DNA of 64,000 nt from Octopus sinensis (Eukaryota): positions 54,312,001 through 54,376,000 of the forward strand of contig NC_043009.1 of assembly GCF_006345805.1 (NCBI RefSeq). Direction: 5' to 3'. Below are positions 1 to 12,887 of the stretch, in pieces. Within the stretch, counting starts at the first letter, position 1. The number at the start of each line of letters is the position of its first letter. The notes under the pieces are model-generated. The model was not told where the DNA came from. It saw only the letters and a list, made by a program, of their open reading frames with translations, and searched no databases. Both the position numbers and the translations under genes were made by a program.

Positions 1-420
1 CATTAATAAATAACGCAAGGCATTTTGTTCGACGCGCTAACGATTTCACCTATCGAATCCAATGATAGTAGTGATAAAGCGAATTTTTTTTTTTCTCCCC
101 AGGATTATCTTCTGGAATATCATATGGTGAACAGTGTACGCTCCTGTAGTGGAAATGATGCAGAACCATGGTATATTCATCAACTGTGGTAAAATGGAGG
201 TGGTATAGTAGCAACTTAAATCGTATTATTTGTTTCGTACGTTAAATTATGTACGGTAAAGCACCAAGATGAAATATTTAGTCGAATAAACTGACACTAG
301 TACTTTTATGGAAAGAAATCCGAATCGCTCAGTTACGAACACGCAAAATAAAAAATCACGCCTTGTTAAGCAGTGGGGATGATATACGCAAGCTGTGATA
401 TAAAGAAGCACACATGCAAA

Positions 421-434
421 TATAGATAGATAGG

Positions 435-510
<76 letters not shown>

Positions 511-617
511 ATTATATATATACATACATACATACATATATGTGTGTGTGTATGTATACACGTATACCTAAATAGAGATAGATACATTTCTAGAATTATT
601 ATAGTAAATATATCAGA

Positions 618-649
<32 letters not shown>

Positions 650-697
650 TACATTCTTTTATGCGTTTTAGCCGAATAGCTGTGCCATGCTGGAGCA

Positions 698-740
<43 letters not shown>

Positions 741-767
741 CATATATTTATATTAATATATATATAT

Positions 768-820
<53 letters not shown>

Positions 821-835
821 GTTTGTGCTGTGTGT
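421..835. repeat. Compound (GATA)n/(TACA)n/(TA)n microsatellites
   Basis: Directly visible tandem units. Confidence 0.95.
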
Positions 836-867
836 GCGTGTGTGTGTGCGCGCGCGTTTGTGTATGA

Positions 868-1020
868 TGAGCTTCCAAACAGTTTCTGTATACCAAATTC
901 ACCCACATTGGTCGGCCCAGTGTTATAATAAAATACACTTCAGCAAGGGTCTACGCAGTAGGATAGAACCCGATGCCGCGTGGTTTCAAAGAAAACTTCG
1001 AAACGACACACCCATTCTTG
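868..1020 (-). mobile_element. Degenerate CORE-type SINE fragment
   Basis: Reverse-complement similarity to the SINE at 20341-20760. Confidence 0.55.
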
Positions 1021-1884
1021 TAGCGTATCAGGTCTGCTGCACTATGATGTTATATAGTTACTATGGTATAAAAGAGATGGTACAGCAGCATGTTATGGAT
1101 TGACGACGAAATAAAGGGGAGGCACAGCACCAAGTTACATGTATTAACTGATAGAGTACTACTATGCGTATTAAATAAGGTATAACAGAAGATGTTACAG
1201 AGCTATGATCTATATCAACTCAAGTATTATATGAAGTAAGGCAAATAATGATTAATGTTAATTTCTAATATACTTTAAGTTATTGTATATAATGTTCAGT
1301 GGATGGAAAACAAACAATAGATAATTATATATTGAAGCAATGACACATTATCAATAAGTAACAAGGGAATTAAGTGTAAGCTTATTCCCGTCTTATTACG
1401 ATGTCATCAGTATCACGTAGATATCGACATATTTATTGAAGTAGTTACGAGAGAATATCTAAGTGCGGTGTAATGTTTATACCAGTTTATTAAGAATATT
1501 TTATGAAATGAATTACGTACATTGAGGAGAGAATTACTCGGAGACGTCATCCTTAGGAAAAATATCAATTAGGTTTGCTGTAACCGATAAAATATGATGA
1601 GCAATGAGAAGATGTGAATCTGAGGATAGTCGAAATGAATATGCGTTGAGCAAGAAATGAAACGACGATATTAATGTTTGAATAATATTGTTGTGAATAT
1701 TTCACGTAGGGGATGCAACTACAGTTAGTTTCCAGTCTTATGATGACCACATTCAGAGAGTACTAAAACTTTGCTGAAGTAGTTATAGTAAAATCGCGAA
1801 AGAATTGTAATTATTGTAAGTAGTTTTGTCTCTCTATATACAGTCACATTTTCACATACTTCCGGTGGTGCCAGTACATATGCT

Positions 1885-2302
<418 letters not shown>

Positions 2303-2482
2303 ACAAATACAAAGACTCACATATACGCATATGTACGCACATATGTACATACAGCTGAAAGCATACCGACCGGCCATACTTTGCAATCAACATGATGGTG
2401 AATAGCCTACCCACCACCCCCCAACATCACATTCGCGCGATCTCGTTTCAGCGTTATAATTCTTTACCACCACTTCCTTCGG

Positions 2483-2582
2483 GTAGCAGCAGCAGTAGTA
2501 GTAGTAGTAGTAGTGGTGGTGATGGTGGTGTAGTAGTAGTAAGTAGTAGTTAGTAGTAGTAGTAGTAGTTGTTGTGGTGGTA

Positions 2583-2626
<44 letters not shown>

Positions 2627-2657
2627 GGTGGTGGTAGTGGTGATAGTGGTGGTGGTG

Positions 2658-2693
<36 letters not shown>

Positions 2694-2750
2694 GAAGAAG
2701 TTGTAGTATGGTGGTGGTAGTGGTGGTGGTGGTAGTAGTAGTAGTAGTAG
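2483..2750. repeat. (GTA)n/(GTG)n intronic trinucleotide repeat
   Basis: Visible; accounts for the poly-T/poly-H tail of ORF 2387..4195. Confidence 0.95.
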
Positions 2751-2806
2751 AGGGAGGAGGTGTGGAAATCAGCAGCAGTAAAGTGGCGAAGTACTAAAAC
2801 ATGCTT

Positions 2807-2812
2807 ACTTAC
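2807..2812 (-). promoter_or_regulatory. 5' splice donor GTAAGT of GABA-B-like intron
   Basis: Minus strand reads TCG|GTAAGTAAG; protein similarity stops exactly here and microsatellite follows. Confidence 0.85.
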
Positions 2813-4195
2813 CGAACTTTCGTTGAACACCAAATCAAGCTTATATCCAGGGATAATGTTTTTCTCGTTGATATGTTTAATTGCCAAACGAGCTGCGTGT
2901 AATTCCGACCTTCCGTAAGAATGTAATTCCGTAGATTCGAATAAGCCTCCAATATACAGTGTAGTTCGTAAATCCGTGTTGCCTTTGTCTTCTTCGTTTT
3001 CATCTTCTTCATTTTTTAAAATTTCATTTTGCGTTTTGGCTCGATATATATCATCGGCACTGCATTCGCTCCCTCCCCTCAGCAAATATTGCCGTGGAGT
3101 TTCATCGGACCTTTCTTGGGACATTTCGCCGAGCTCTTCGCCAGAACTTTCATATGGTTCTGCTTGCGGCCCTTCACCGGAAAATTTGTGAGGACTTCCG
3201 TCGGATCTTTTCTTGGAAATATTGAGGGAACTTTCGCTCTTTTCCTGCGATGCCGGATCTTTTGGGGAACCCCTAAGAACGACAGCCTTGTTTCCATCAT
3301 TTTCATTTATTGCGTCTTCCCTAATTAAAGGAGTAGGCACGAATGGAACGGCATCACTTGTTCGCCTTCCATCGCCCTCAACACTTCGATTAGCCCTGTT
3401 GACAATAATATTGTCACCACTGCTGTCAACCCGACCACTATCCGAAGTTTGATTGCTAAACTTATGCTGACGCACGTGGCCTTTGTTGTTTTCGTAAGAA
3501 CTTATTCTACTGCTGTTATTATTGTTGTTGCTACTGATATGGCTTTTGTTGCTGTTGTCATTGTTATCGAAGTTTTCGTAAATCGTGTATGCGTGTTTAT
3601 GCTTGCTGTTCTTGTCAATATTGTTGTTATTGTTGTTGTTGTTGTTGTTGTTTTTGTTACTATTATAGTTCACGGTAGCTATAATCTCGCCCATTTTTGG
3701 TACTGAAGCAACTTTCTCACTCATAAGTTTTCGACGAGATGGTAGACGAACAAGGTTGTAGTGAGCATCAGCTGTTACGTAACGGCGATCGCGGTTCGAA
3801 TCCAAACTAAGCAAATGCGGAGTAGTGGGTGTAATTCGTCCTCTAAGTACTGCAGGTTTGCTCGAACTTAAACTCAAGTTTGGGACCGAATTCGAGTTAG
3901 AGCCTAGATCCGGCTTTAGCTTGGGTCTAAGGTTCGAGTTGATATAGGGTTTGGGTGTAAGATTCGGGCTGGTTGAAAATAAATTCCCTTTCAACATGGA
4001 TGTAACATTGATCCACTGAGACTTAGTCTTGTATACCACCTGGGTAATGTCTTTTACTGCCGGGTGGAAAGACGCACCGTAGAATCCCAGACACGGTCGA
4101 ATTAATAATAATATTAAAACGCGAAATAAATTGAAAGAAAACCACGGCGAGAAAAGCCGTGGTGTAATCCCGGTGTTGGAGTTCGAGTTATTCAT
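2813..4195 (-). CDS. First coding exon of a GABA-B receptor-like class C GPCR (closest to invertebrate GABA-B-R3 type); 461 codons
   Basis: ATG at 4195; hydrophobic signal-peptide-like stretch (FSPWFSFNLFRVLILLLIRPCLG). The C-terminal end LYIGGLF...GRSELHAARLAIKHINEKNIIPGYKLDLVFNESS matches the start of the GABA-B Venus-flytrap domain (recalled Drosophila R3 motif SEL.AA..A..HIN....PGY.L.L..ND). Canonical phase-0 donor TCG|GTAAGT at 2813/2812. The ORF continuation to 2387 is intron read-through. Confidence 0.88.
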
Positions 4196-4559
4196 CAGGA
4201 TATCTTCAATGATAACTTGTAACTGACCACAACAACAATAACAGAAACAACAACGACGACGAAGATAACGAAAAAGAAGGAGCGAAAACTAGCACACATT
4301 TATAGAGCTATGAGTGGAGACGGCAGTGGAGAGTCGGAAGAGGAGAGAATAAAAAGAAGAGGCGAAGAAGGAGGAGAAGTGGGAAAAGAAATAGACGAAG
4401 AAGAAGAAGAAATAGAGTTAGAGGTAAACGGAAGGAAGATACAAGAGGTGTAAGATTAATAAATGAGTAACGAGAATGAGAGAGGAAGAGATAGAAAAAC
4501 AAGATTAAGAAGCGACGGAGATTGTGGGACGGAGAGAATGAGTGAGCGATGGAGAGACA

Positions 4560-4597
<38 letters not shown>

Positions 4598-5500
4598 AAT
4601 AGAGTGAGAAAGAAAACGTGCTGAATAGACAAAGAGAGGCGGAGAGAGTGTTTATGTATGAGTTTGGTTGCCTTTGTTTGTTATTATATAATTCCATAAA
4701 AGAAAAGAAAAAGTGTGCACATATGTACGTGAGGATAAATAAATATATGTATATGTGTATGTGTATGAGTATATATATATATATATATATATATGTGTTC
4801 TTATGATTCTGTGAATGCGTCTGTCGCTTTTGTTTTCGGCATCAAGGAAGAAGAAATAAAAAAAAGAAAAAGAAAATAAAACAAGAATACTACACAAAAG
4901 CGATTAAGAAACAACAACAAAAACAAACGAACGTATTCCACCCTGACGCGAGATTCGGTGTATCTGCGAAGTGGCCTGTGCAAAGCTGTTAAAGGCACTA
5001 CTGTAGAATATGGTAACAGATACGAAGTTGCGTGGCATTCGCTTCAACAGCACAATCCATTATAACAGATTCACTGCTAAGGCCATTTTTGCACACACAC
5101 ACAGACACACATACACGCACACACGCACACACACGTACACACACGCACACACACGCACTCGCGCACACATAATCAGAAATAATCAAAACATGCGCACGAC
5201 GCACACATGCAGACACTTGCATACACACATTATACAAACAGCTGCATGCGTTATATGGATACATGATGCATATTATGCTACAGAAAATTCCTAGATGCAG
5301 AGTTGATCAAAAGCATTTTTTTTTTTTTTGCCGCTTCCTTATTTATATACATTTACGTTGATGGAGTTCTATCGTACATAGTTTCTGAAATTCCATGCCT
5401 TGAAGAAATATCACAACAGACACCCCACAGACCCACAACACAGACACGCACACACACACACATACACATACAAACAAATACCTGTATGTATGTGTGTGTG

Positions 5501-5539
<39 letters not shown>

Positions 5540-5678
5540 AACTCGCACGCACATGTGTGTGCGTGTTTGTGTGTGTGTGCTCGTGTGCGTTTACGTGTGC
5601 ATACATGTACGTATGTATATAAGGTTACACTGTTATTCGATTTGATTCGGAATACTGTATATTACTGGTATATATTTT

Positions 5679-5713
<35 letters not shown>

Positions 5714-5968
5714 TAGCCACGTAGTCGTCCACCAACAGAGTGCAAGGTTTCTTCTTCTCTTCTTCTTCTTCTTCTCTTCTTCTACTTCTTCTTCTTCCCC
5801 TCCTCCTCCACCTCCGTTTTCTTCTTTACTTCTACTTCCTACATATTACCTTTTTATTGGTGTCATTTTTCTTCCTATTTTTTTTCTGTCTCACACACAT
5901 ATACACATGTGCGCGTGTTGTATATGTATACACATACACTCACGCATATCATTTCATACACACACAGA

Positions 5969-6005
<37 letters not shown>

Positions 6006-6375
6006 AAAAATTATAAATTTGTATAAATTTGTATTATCTCCCTAGTTTTATGTGCTAAGCCACTTGGTGTTAAATTGATGGAATTATTAAATTTATATCA
6101 AATTTTTCACCCTCATTTATAAATTCATATATATATATATATATATATGCATTTATAGACTTGAGGATGCAAAAACAAAATAGAAGTCAAAACATGAATA
6201 TATATCTAAGTTTTTTTCTTTATTATTAATAATCTTTAGAATTTGCACAGTGACTTGAGGGCCGAGAGTTTCATGCTTTGCCAAGTCGGCCCTTAAATCA
6301 CTTTGTAACTTATGCTTTTAAAGATAAAATCGTGTGTGTCTGTGTGTTTGTGTGTGTGCATGATATATGTGCGTG

Positions 6376-6419
<44 letters not shown>

Positions 6420-7309
6420 CGGGTGTACGTATGTATGTATGTATGTATATGTGTGTATGTATGTATGTATGTATGTATGTATGTATGTATGTATGTATGT
6501 ATATGTGTGTGTGTCTGTATGTATGTATGCATGCCTTTTATCATTTCAGGTCGATAAAACTGAAGGACAGCTAAATACAAGGGTCGATAGAACTGCTTTG
6601 CCCCTCCCTACAAAATTGCTATTTTTGAGCCAAAATTTGAAACAATTATTGTTTATTTGTGTGTGTGTGTGTGTGTTGTGTGTGTATCTTTGAAATTTCT
6701 TTGTGTTCGCGTGAGACCAGTCAATGTTTGTTATTTTCAATCTTTGTATCAGCGTGTGTGTGTGTGCGTCTCTGTTTATGTATGAGAGTTTATATATTCG
6801 TATGTGTACGTATATGTGTGTGCGTATATGATATCTTCGGATCCTCTCCCTCAACACGTCGCACACGAACAGCAATCTTTCCAAACAAATTCTAGCGCAC
6901 AAATGCACAGACACACAAGTACCCCACACATAGACCACACTCATATAAACACCTATATACTCACTCAGACACATACCGATACACACACACACACACACAC
7001 ACATGCATACACACAGAGGAATGTCAACAAAGAAACATACTTTTACACTTAAGCGTGTGTGACGCATATATACACAGATGTATATAAATAGACGTGCTGG
7101 CCAGACACAGACACACCTGCTAACAAATCATAACCAGATACAGACGTGTACATATACGGACACCCAGCCAAACAGATATTCATACACGCATGTAGGCATA
7201 CATAGAAGCACGTACATACAGAGTCACAGGCACACACACACACACACACACACAGACACACACACATTCACATACAACATACACCCGTATTCACAAATAA
7301 AGAAATTCT

Positions 7310-8565
7310 ATCGTCATCATCATCATCATCACCACCGACATCGTCATTGTGGCCATCATCGTTATTATCATCACCATCGTACCCGCTATTATCATCATCA
7401 TCATCATCAGAGACGTCGTCATCATCATCGTCATCATCATCATCACCATCATCGTCATCATCACCACCGACATCGTCATTGTGGTCATCATCGTTATTAT
7501 CATCACCATCGTGCCCGCTATTATCATCATCATCATCATCAGAGACGTCGTCATCATCATCGTCATCATCATCATCACCATCATCGTCATCATCACCACC
7601 GACATCGTCATTGTGGCCATCATCGTTATTATCATCACCATCGTACCCGCTATTATCATCATCATCATCATCAGAGACGTCGTCATCATCATCGTCATCA
7701 TCATCATCACCATCATCGTCATCATCACCACCGACATCGTCATTGTGGTCATCATCGTTATTATCATCACCATCGTGCCCGCTATTATCATCATCATCAT
7801 CATCAGAGACGTCGTCATCATCATCGTCATCATCATCATCACCATCATCGTCATCATCACCACCGACATCGTCATTGTGGCCATCATCGTTATTATCATC
7901 ACATCGTACCCGCTATTATCATCATCATCATCATCAGAGACGTCGTCATCATCATCGTCATCATCATCATCACCATCATCGTCATCATCACCACCGACAT
8001 CGTCATTGTGGTCATCATCGTTATTATCATCACCATCGTGCCCGCTATTATCATCATCATCATCATCAGAGACGTCGTCATCATCATCGTCATCATCATC
8101 ATCATCATCATCGTCATCATCACCACCGAGATCGTCATTGTGGTCATCATCGTTATTATCATCACCATCGTACCCGCTATTATCCTCATCATCATCATCA
8201 TCTGAGTCGTCATCATCATCGTCATCGTCATCATCATCATCGTCATCATCACCACTGACGTTGCCATTATGGTCATCATCGTTATTATCATCGTCATAAT
8301 CGTTAGCGTCATCGACATCATCATCATCATCATCATCATCATCTTCATCGTCGTCGTCGTCGTCGTACTTACCATTATCAACATAATTACGATCACCAAA
8401 ACCAGAAGCGCCACGATCAACAAAATTATCATCATCATCATCATCATAATCATCGCCGTCATCGTCATCATCATCATTATCATCATTGCCGTCGCCATCG
8501 TCGGCGCCACCATCACCATCATCACTATCATTATCATCGCCATCTTCATTACCGTCACCAAGTCT

Positions 8566-8601
<36 letters not shown>

Positions 8602-8752
8602 GTCGTCATCATCATCATCATCATCACCATCACCATCACCATCATCATCATCATCATCGTCATCATCATCATCATCATCATCATCATCGTCGTCATCATC
8701 ATCATCACCATCACCATCACCATCATCATCATCATCATCGTCATCATCATCG

Positions 8753-8790
<38 letters not shown>

Positions 8791-8830
8791 GTCATCGTCA
8801 TCACCATCATCATCATCATCATCATCATTC
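7310..8830. repeat. (ATC)n-derived minisatellite: ~8 x 132-bp units (7331-8380) plus degenerate (ATC)n
   Basis: The anchor accaccgac (or a variant) recurs at 7331, 7463, 7595, 7727, 7859, 7990, 8122 and 8251. Confidence 0.95.
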
Positions 8831-9683
8831 ACAGTGCCCCCCTACCTTCACTCTGCCTTCACCATCATTTCCACCACCCACCCCTCCGCCAACACCACCA
8901 CAGTGTTACAATTGCTATCTAACTTCAAAATTATTTTTCTTACCATATTGTTACTTTCGCCAGTAAATCTTATTGAAAATATATGACACAGCAATATTTT
9001 TGTAATTTTCGTTTTTTCTTTTTTTTTTTTTGTTACATCGTGGAATGGTTCTAGCATAAGAATGGATTTAGCGGCCTTTCTCCCGGCTTTTTGCGTTCTG
9101 CGTTCAAATCTAGTCAGAGCCAATACCACCTTTTATCATTTCAGGTCGATAAAAAATAAAGAACAACTAAGTACAAGGGTCGATGGAATCGCCATGCCCC
9201 TCCCCTCAGAATTGCTATCTTTGAGCCAAAATTTGAAACAATTATTGTTTCTTTGTTTTTCTTTCTTTCTTTCTTTCTTTCTTTCGTTAGTGGACTCGGT
9301 GTAGCACAGGAAAGGATTAGTGGCATTTGTCTCAGTACTTTACGCTCCGAGTTCAAATTCCGGCGAGGACATTTCCTTATATCCTCTCCTATCGATAAAA
9401 TGATTTATCAGTCAAATACAAAAGCTGATACACTCGACTGATGTTCTCCTCCTAAAATTGTGCCAAATTGTGCCCGGTTCCAAAATTTGTCTGAAACTTT
9501 AGTTCGCCTGACAAAATGTCTTAACAGTATTTTGTCCATTTCTACGTTATGAGTTCACCTTTCACCGAGTTCGACTTTACCTTTCATCTTTCTTGGTTGA
9601 TAAAATAAACACTAATTGAACACGGAAATTGATGTAATGGATGAGCACCCTCTCGAACTCTAAAGGTCTTGTACCTATAATGG

Positions 9684-10275
9684 TTTCAAGTTTTGGCACT
9701 AAGGTAGCAATTATGAAGGAGGAGTAAGTTGATTACATCGAACTCAGTACTCAACAGGTATTTATTTTATCAACCCCAGAAGGATGAAAGGCAAAGTCGA
9801 CCCCGGCGCAATTTGAACTCAGAACGTAAAGACGGACGAAATGCCGCTGAGCATTTTACCCGGCGTGCTAGCGATTCTTTTCTACTCTAGGCACAAGGCC
9901 CGACATTTTTGGGGAAGGGGCCAGTCGATTAGATCGACCCCAGGACGCAGTTGGTACTGAATTTATCGATCTCGAAAGGATGAAAGGCAAAATTGACCTT
10001 GTCGAAATTTGAACTCAGAACGTAAAGACAGACAAAATACCTATTTCTTTACTACCCACAAGGGGCTAAACACAAAGGGGACAGACAAGGACAGACGAAT
10101 GAATTAAGTCGATTACATCGACCCCAGTGCGTAACTGGTACTTATTTAATCGACCCCGAAAGGATGAAAGGCGAAGTCGACCTCGGCGGAATTTGAACTC
10201 AAAACGTAGCGGCAGACGAAATACCGCAAAGCATTCCATCCAGCGTGCTAACGATTCTGCTAGGTCGCCGCCTTA
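9684..10275 (-). mobile_element. Cluster of three tandem/nested tRNA-derived SINEs with Meta/MESC-like core
   Basis: Repeated aaggatgaaaggcaaagtcgac...gaatttgaactcagaacgt, the reverse complement of the 11018 copy; family name from recall. Confidence 0.8.
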
Positions 10276-10338
10276 ACGTTAGTATAAGTATTAGCATTAG
10301 AAAGTATATTCAGGCCGTTAAACTGACAGAGACATTCC

Positions 10339-10447
10339 GCCCAAATGTATTACGGTAGCCCAAATGTATTACGGTAGCCAAATGTATTACGGTAGCCCAA
10401 ATGTATTACGGTAGCCAAATGTATTACGGTAGCCCAAATGTATTACC
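10339..10447. repeat. 18/19-bp minisatellite (gcccaaatgtattacggta) x~5.5
   Basis: Visible tandem units. Confidence 0.95.
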
Positions 10448-10944
10448 AGCTGCTTATGTTGACGGTTCAAATCCCACTTATGTTTGTCGTCCATCCAGCA
10501 AGTCAAGCAATAAAGTGCCGGCCAAGTACACGATCAATGACATCGATTAACCCACTACCCTCTATATTATTGGCCTAACGCCAAAATTAGAAAATCATTA
10601 TTGTCAATGTTGTTGCTGGAGTTGTATAGGAAGAAGAGGAAGGATAGAGTAGGAGTTACGTGCTGTTGTTCTAATATATAAATCTTTAAGATTTATTTAT
10701 ACTGGTGAAATGTTATTACGTTTCTTCTTGCGATTGCTTCTGTTGTTGATGACGTTGCTTTTATTCGTATTCTTGTCATTGTTGTTGCTGACATTCATGA
10801 TGTCATTGGTGTCGCTGTGGTCTCTATTGCTGCAGGTGCGCGATGATTTTAAACGTTGCATCTTATATTAACCTGAAATTCTATTTCCTCTCTCAATCAT
10901 ACCACACCACCACACACACACACACAACACCACACACACACACA

Positions 10945-10981
<37 letters not shown>

Positions 10982-11017
10982 ATATAATATATATATATAT
11001 ATATATATATAGTAGCA

Positions 11018-11248
11018 GGCGGCGAGCTGGTAGAAACGTTAGCACGCCGGGCGAAATTCGTAGCCGTATTTCGTCTGTCGTTGCGTTCCGAGTTCAAATT
11101 CCGCCGAGGTCGACTTTGCCTTTCATCCTTTTGGGGTCGATAAATTAAGTACCAGTTACGCACTGGGGTCGATGTAATCGACTTAATCCCTTTGTCTGTC
11201 CTTGTTTGTCCTCTCTGTGTTTAACCCCTTGAGGGTAGTAAAGAAATA
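11018..11248 (+). mobile_element. Full-length tRNA-derived SINE (Meta/MESC-like core)
   Basis: Head ggcggcgagctggtagaaacgttagc, B-box-like gagttcaaattcc, core gcctttcatccttttggggtcgataaattaagtacc; many copies in the window. Confidence 0.85.
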
Positions 11249-11267
11249 ATATATATATATAATATCC

Positions 11268-11487
11268 TTTCTACTATAGGCACAAGGCCCGAAATTTTGA
11301 GGGAGGGGGCCAGTCGATTAGATCGCCCCCAGTGTGTAACTAGTACACTAGTAGTTATTTAATCGACCCCAAAAGGGTGAATGACGATGTTGACCTCTGC
11401 GGAATTTGAATTCAGAACGTAGCGATGGGCGAAATGCCACTAAGCATTTCACCTGGTGTGCTAACGGTTCTGTCAGCTCACCACCTT
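11268..11487 (-). mobile_element. tRNA-derived SINE, same core family
   Basis: Reverse-complement match to the 11018 copy. Confidence 0.75.
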
Positions 11488-11538
11488 CATACATATATGC
11501 ATACATAATACATACATACACACACACACACACACACG

Positions 11539-11572
<34 letters not shown>

Positions 11573-11602
11573 CATACATTACATCTTTCTCATGTCATGT
11601 AG

Positions 11603-11745
11603 TCTCATAGGGCTGGTTTCCCGGTTTCCGTGGTGTATATATTCTCCTGGATAGGACGCTGATCCATCGCAGGATTACTTATTTTTGCCAGCCGAGTGGA
11701 CTGGAGCGTCGTGAAATATAGTCTTTTCTTCAAGAACGCCATCCG
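11603..11745 (-). mobile_element. SINE 3' fragment with V-domain-like tail
   Basis: Minus strand reads gctccagtccactcggctggcaaaaataagtaatcctgcgatggatcagcgtcctatccagg...gggaaaccagccc; tail shared with the 12514 family. Confidence 0.6.
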
Positions 11746-11751
11746 CGCGCG

Positions 11752-11783
<32 letters not shown>

Positions 11784-11789
11784 AACACT

Positions 11790-11820
<31 letters not shown>

Positions 11821-12513
11821 GCACACATGTTGATCATGTATTTTGTTTCCATTAGGCCTTCGTCATTTATTCCTCGTGTAATCGTAGTCCACAAGATACC
11901 ACTTAATAACCATAATAATATTTTCTAATGTCGAAAATGACATCGCTGTTTTAATATAAGTCGAAGGATTACTATAATAATGCATTGAAGTGAACTTATA
12001 ATCTATGAAATTACATCAATGCAGCTGTTGAATTAAACGCAGCATGACAGATAGGGAATGTGATTTTGATGTTATTAGTAATTGATATATTTGAAATTAT
12101 ACACACTCAATTCCCCGGAAAAAACCATTGGATGATTACTTATAAGGCCAGTCATAAGCACGTTCATGCAAAATATAATTTTAAAAAAATTAGTAGGGAG
12201 TTTGCCTGTCCTATGCATCACATTTGAGACACAGGAGCTATTTCCTTGGCGTCCCTGCAACATATATGATGCACATTCCTTATGGCTTTCAAATACCAGA
12301 GTAACTTGGAACATATGAAAGGTAATCTTTATATTACTCCAAATGTATGAAACAAAGGCTAACTAAAATTATGGAAACAAGCATGGAAGTTTAGGACAAA
12401 CGTATGACAATGCCTTGAACAAGCAAAGGTTTAAATAATTCCAAGATGAGACGAAACTATCGATGGTTTGCGCTGACCGAAATTTTCTCAAAGGTGATAT
12501 TTATATGCAAAGT

Positions 12514-12887
12514 TGTTTGTTCCTTCTCGAGCCATGCCTGGCTCAAAAGGGCCGGTTTCCCGGTTGCCTTGGCGTATAGGTTCTTGTTTGTTCCTTCTCG
12601 AGCCATGCCTGGCTCAAAAGGGCCGGTTTCCCGGTTGCCTTGGCGTATAGGTTCCCCACCTGGACGGGACGCCGGTCCATCGCAGGTGAGCTGCAAGATG
12701 CAGAAGTAAAGAATGAGAGAATGTTGTGGCGAAAGAGTCAGCAGAAGTTCGCCATTACCTTCAGCCGGTGCCGCGTGGAGCTTAGGTGTTTCGCTCATAA
12801 ACACACACATCGCACGGTCTGAGATTCGAACCCGCGATCCCTCGACCTCGAGTCCGCTTCTCTAACCACTAGGCCATGCGCCTCCAC
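12514..12887 (-). mobile_element. Young full-length tRNA-derived SINE (V-domain-like body) with 12-bp TSD and 71-bp 3' duplication
   Basis: Head ggaggcgcatggcctagtggttagag...gggttcgaatc; TSD tatatgcaaagt at 12502-12513 and 12888-12899; second copy at 62610. Confidence 0.88.

Noticed and set aside
100-260. Second exon of the GABA-B-like gene
   Set aside because: No frame gives the expected CxPG-type continuation of the flytrap domain.
2387-2812. Poly-Thr/His C-terminal extension of the 602-aa ORF
   Set aside because: It lies after a canonical donor and is intronic microsatellite read-through.
7291-8832. 513-aa Asp-rich ORF resembling acidic biomineralisation proteins
   Set aside because: It starts at GTG with an in-frame TAG four codons upstream, has no signal peptide or good acceptor, and is frameshifted near 7903. 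An open frame is expected by default in (GAT)n.
10339-10447. CRISPR-like array
   Set aside because: No unique spacers; eukaryotic context.
12815-12887. tRNA gene (also 62610-62680)
   Set aside because: It is the tRNA-derived head of a SINE, continuous with body, tail and TSD.
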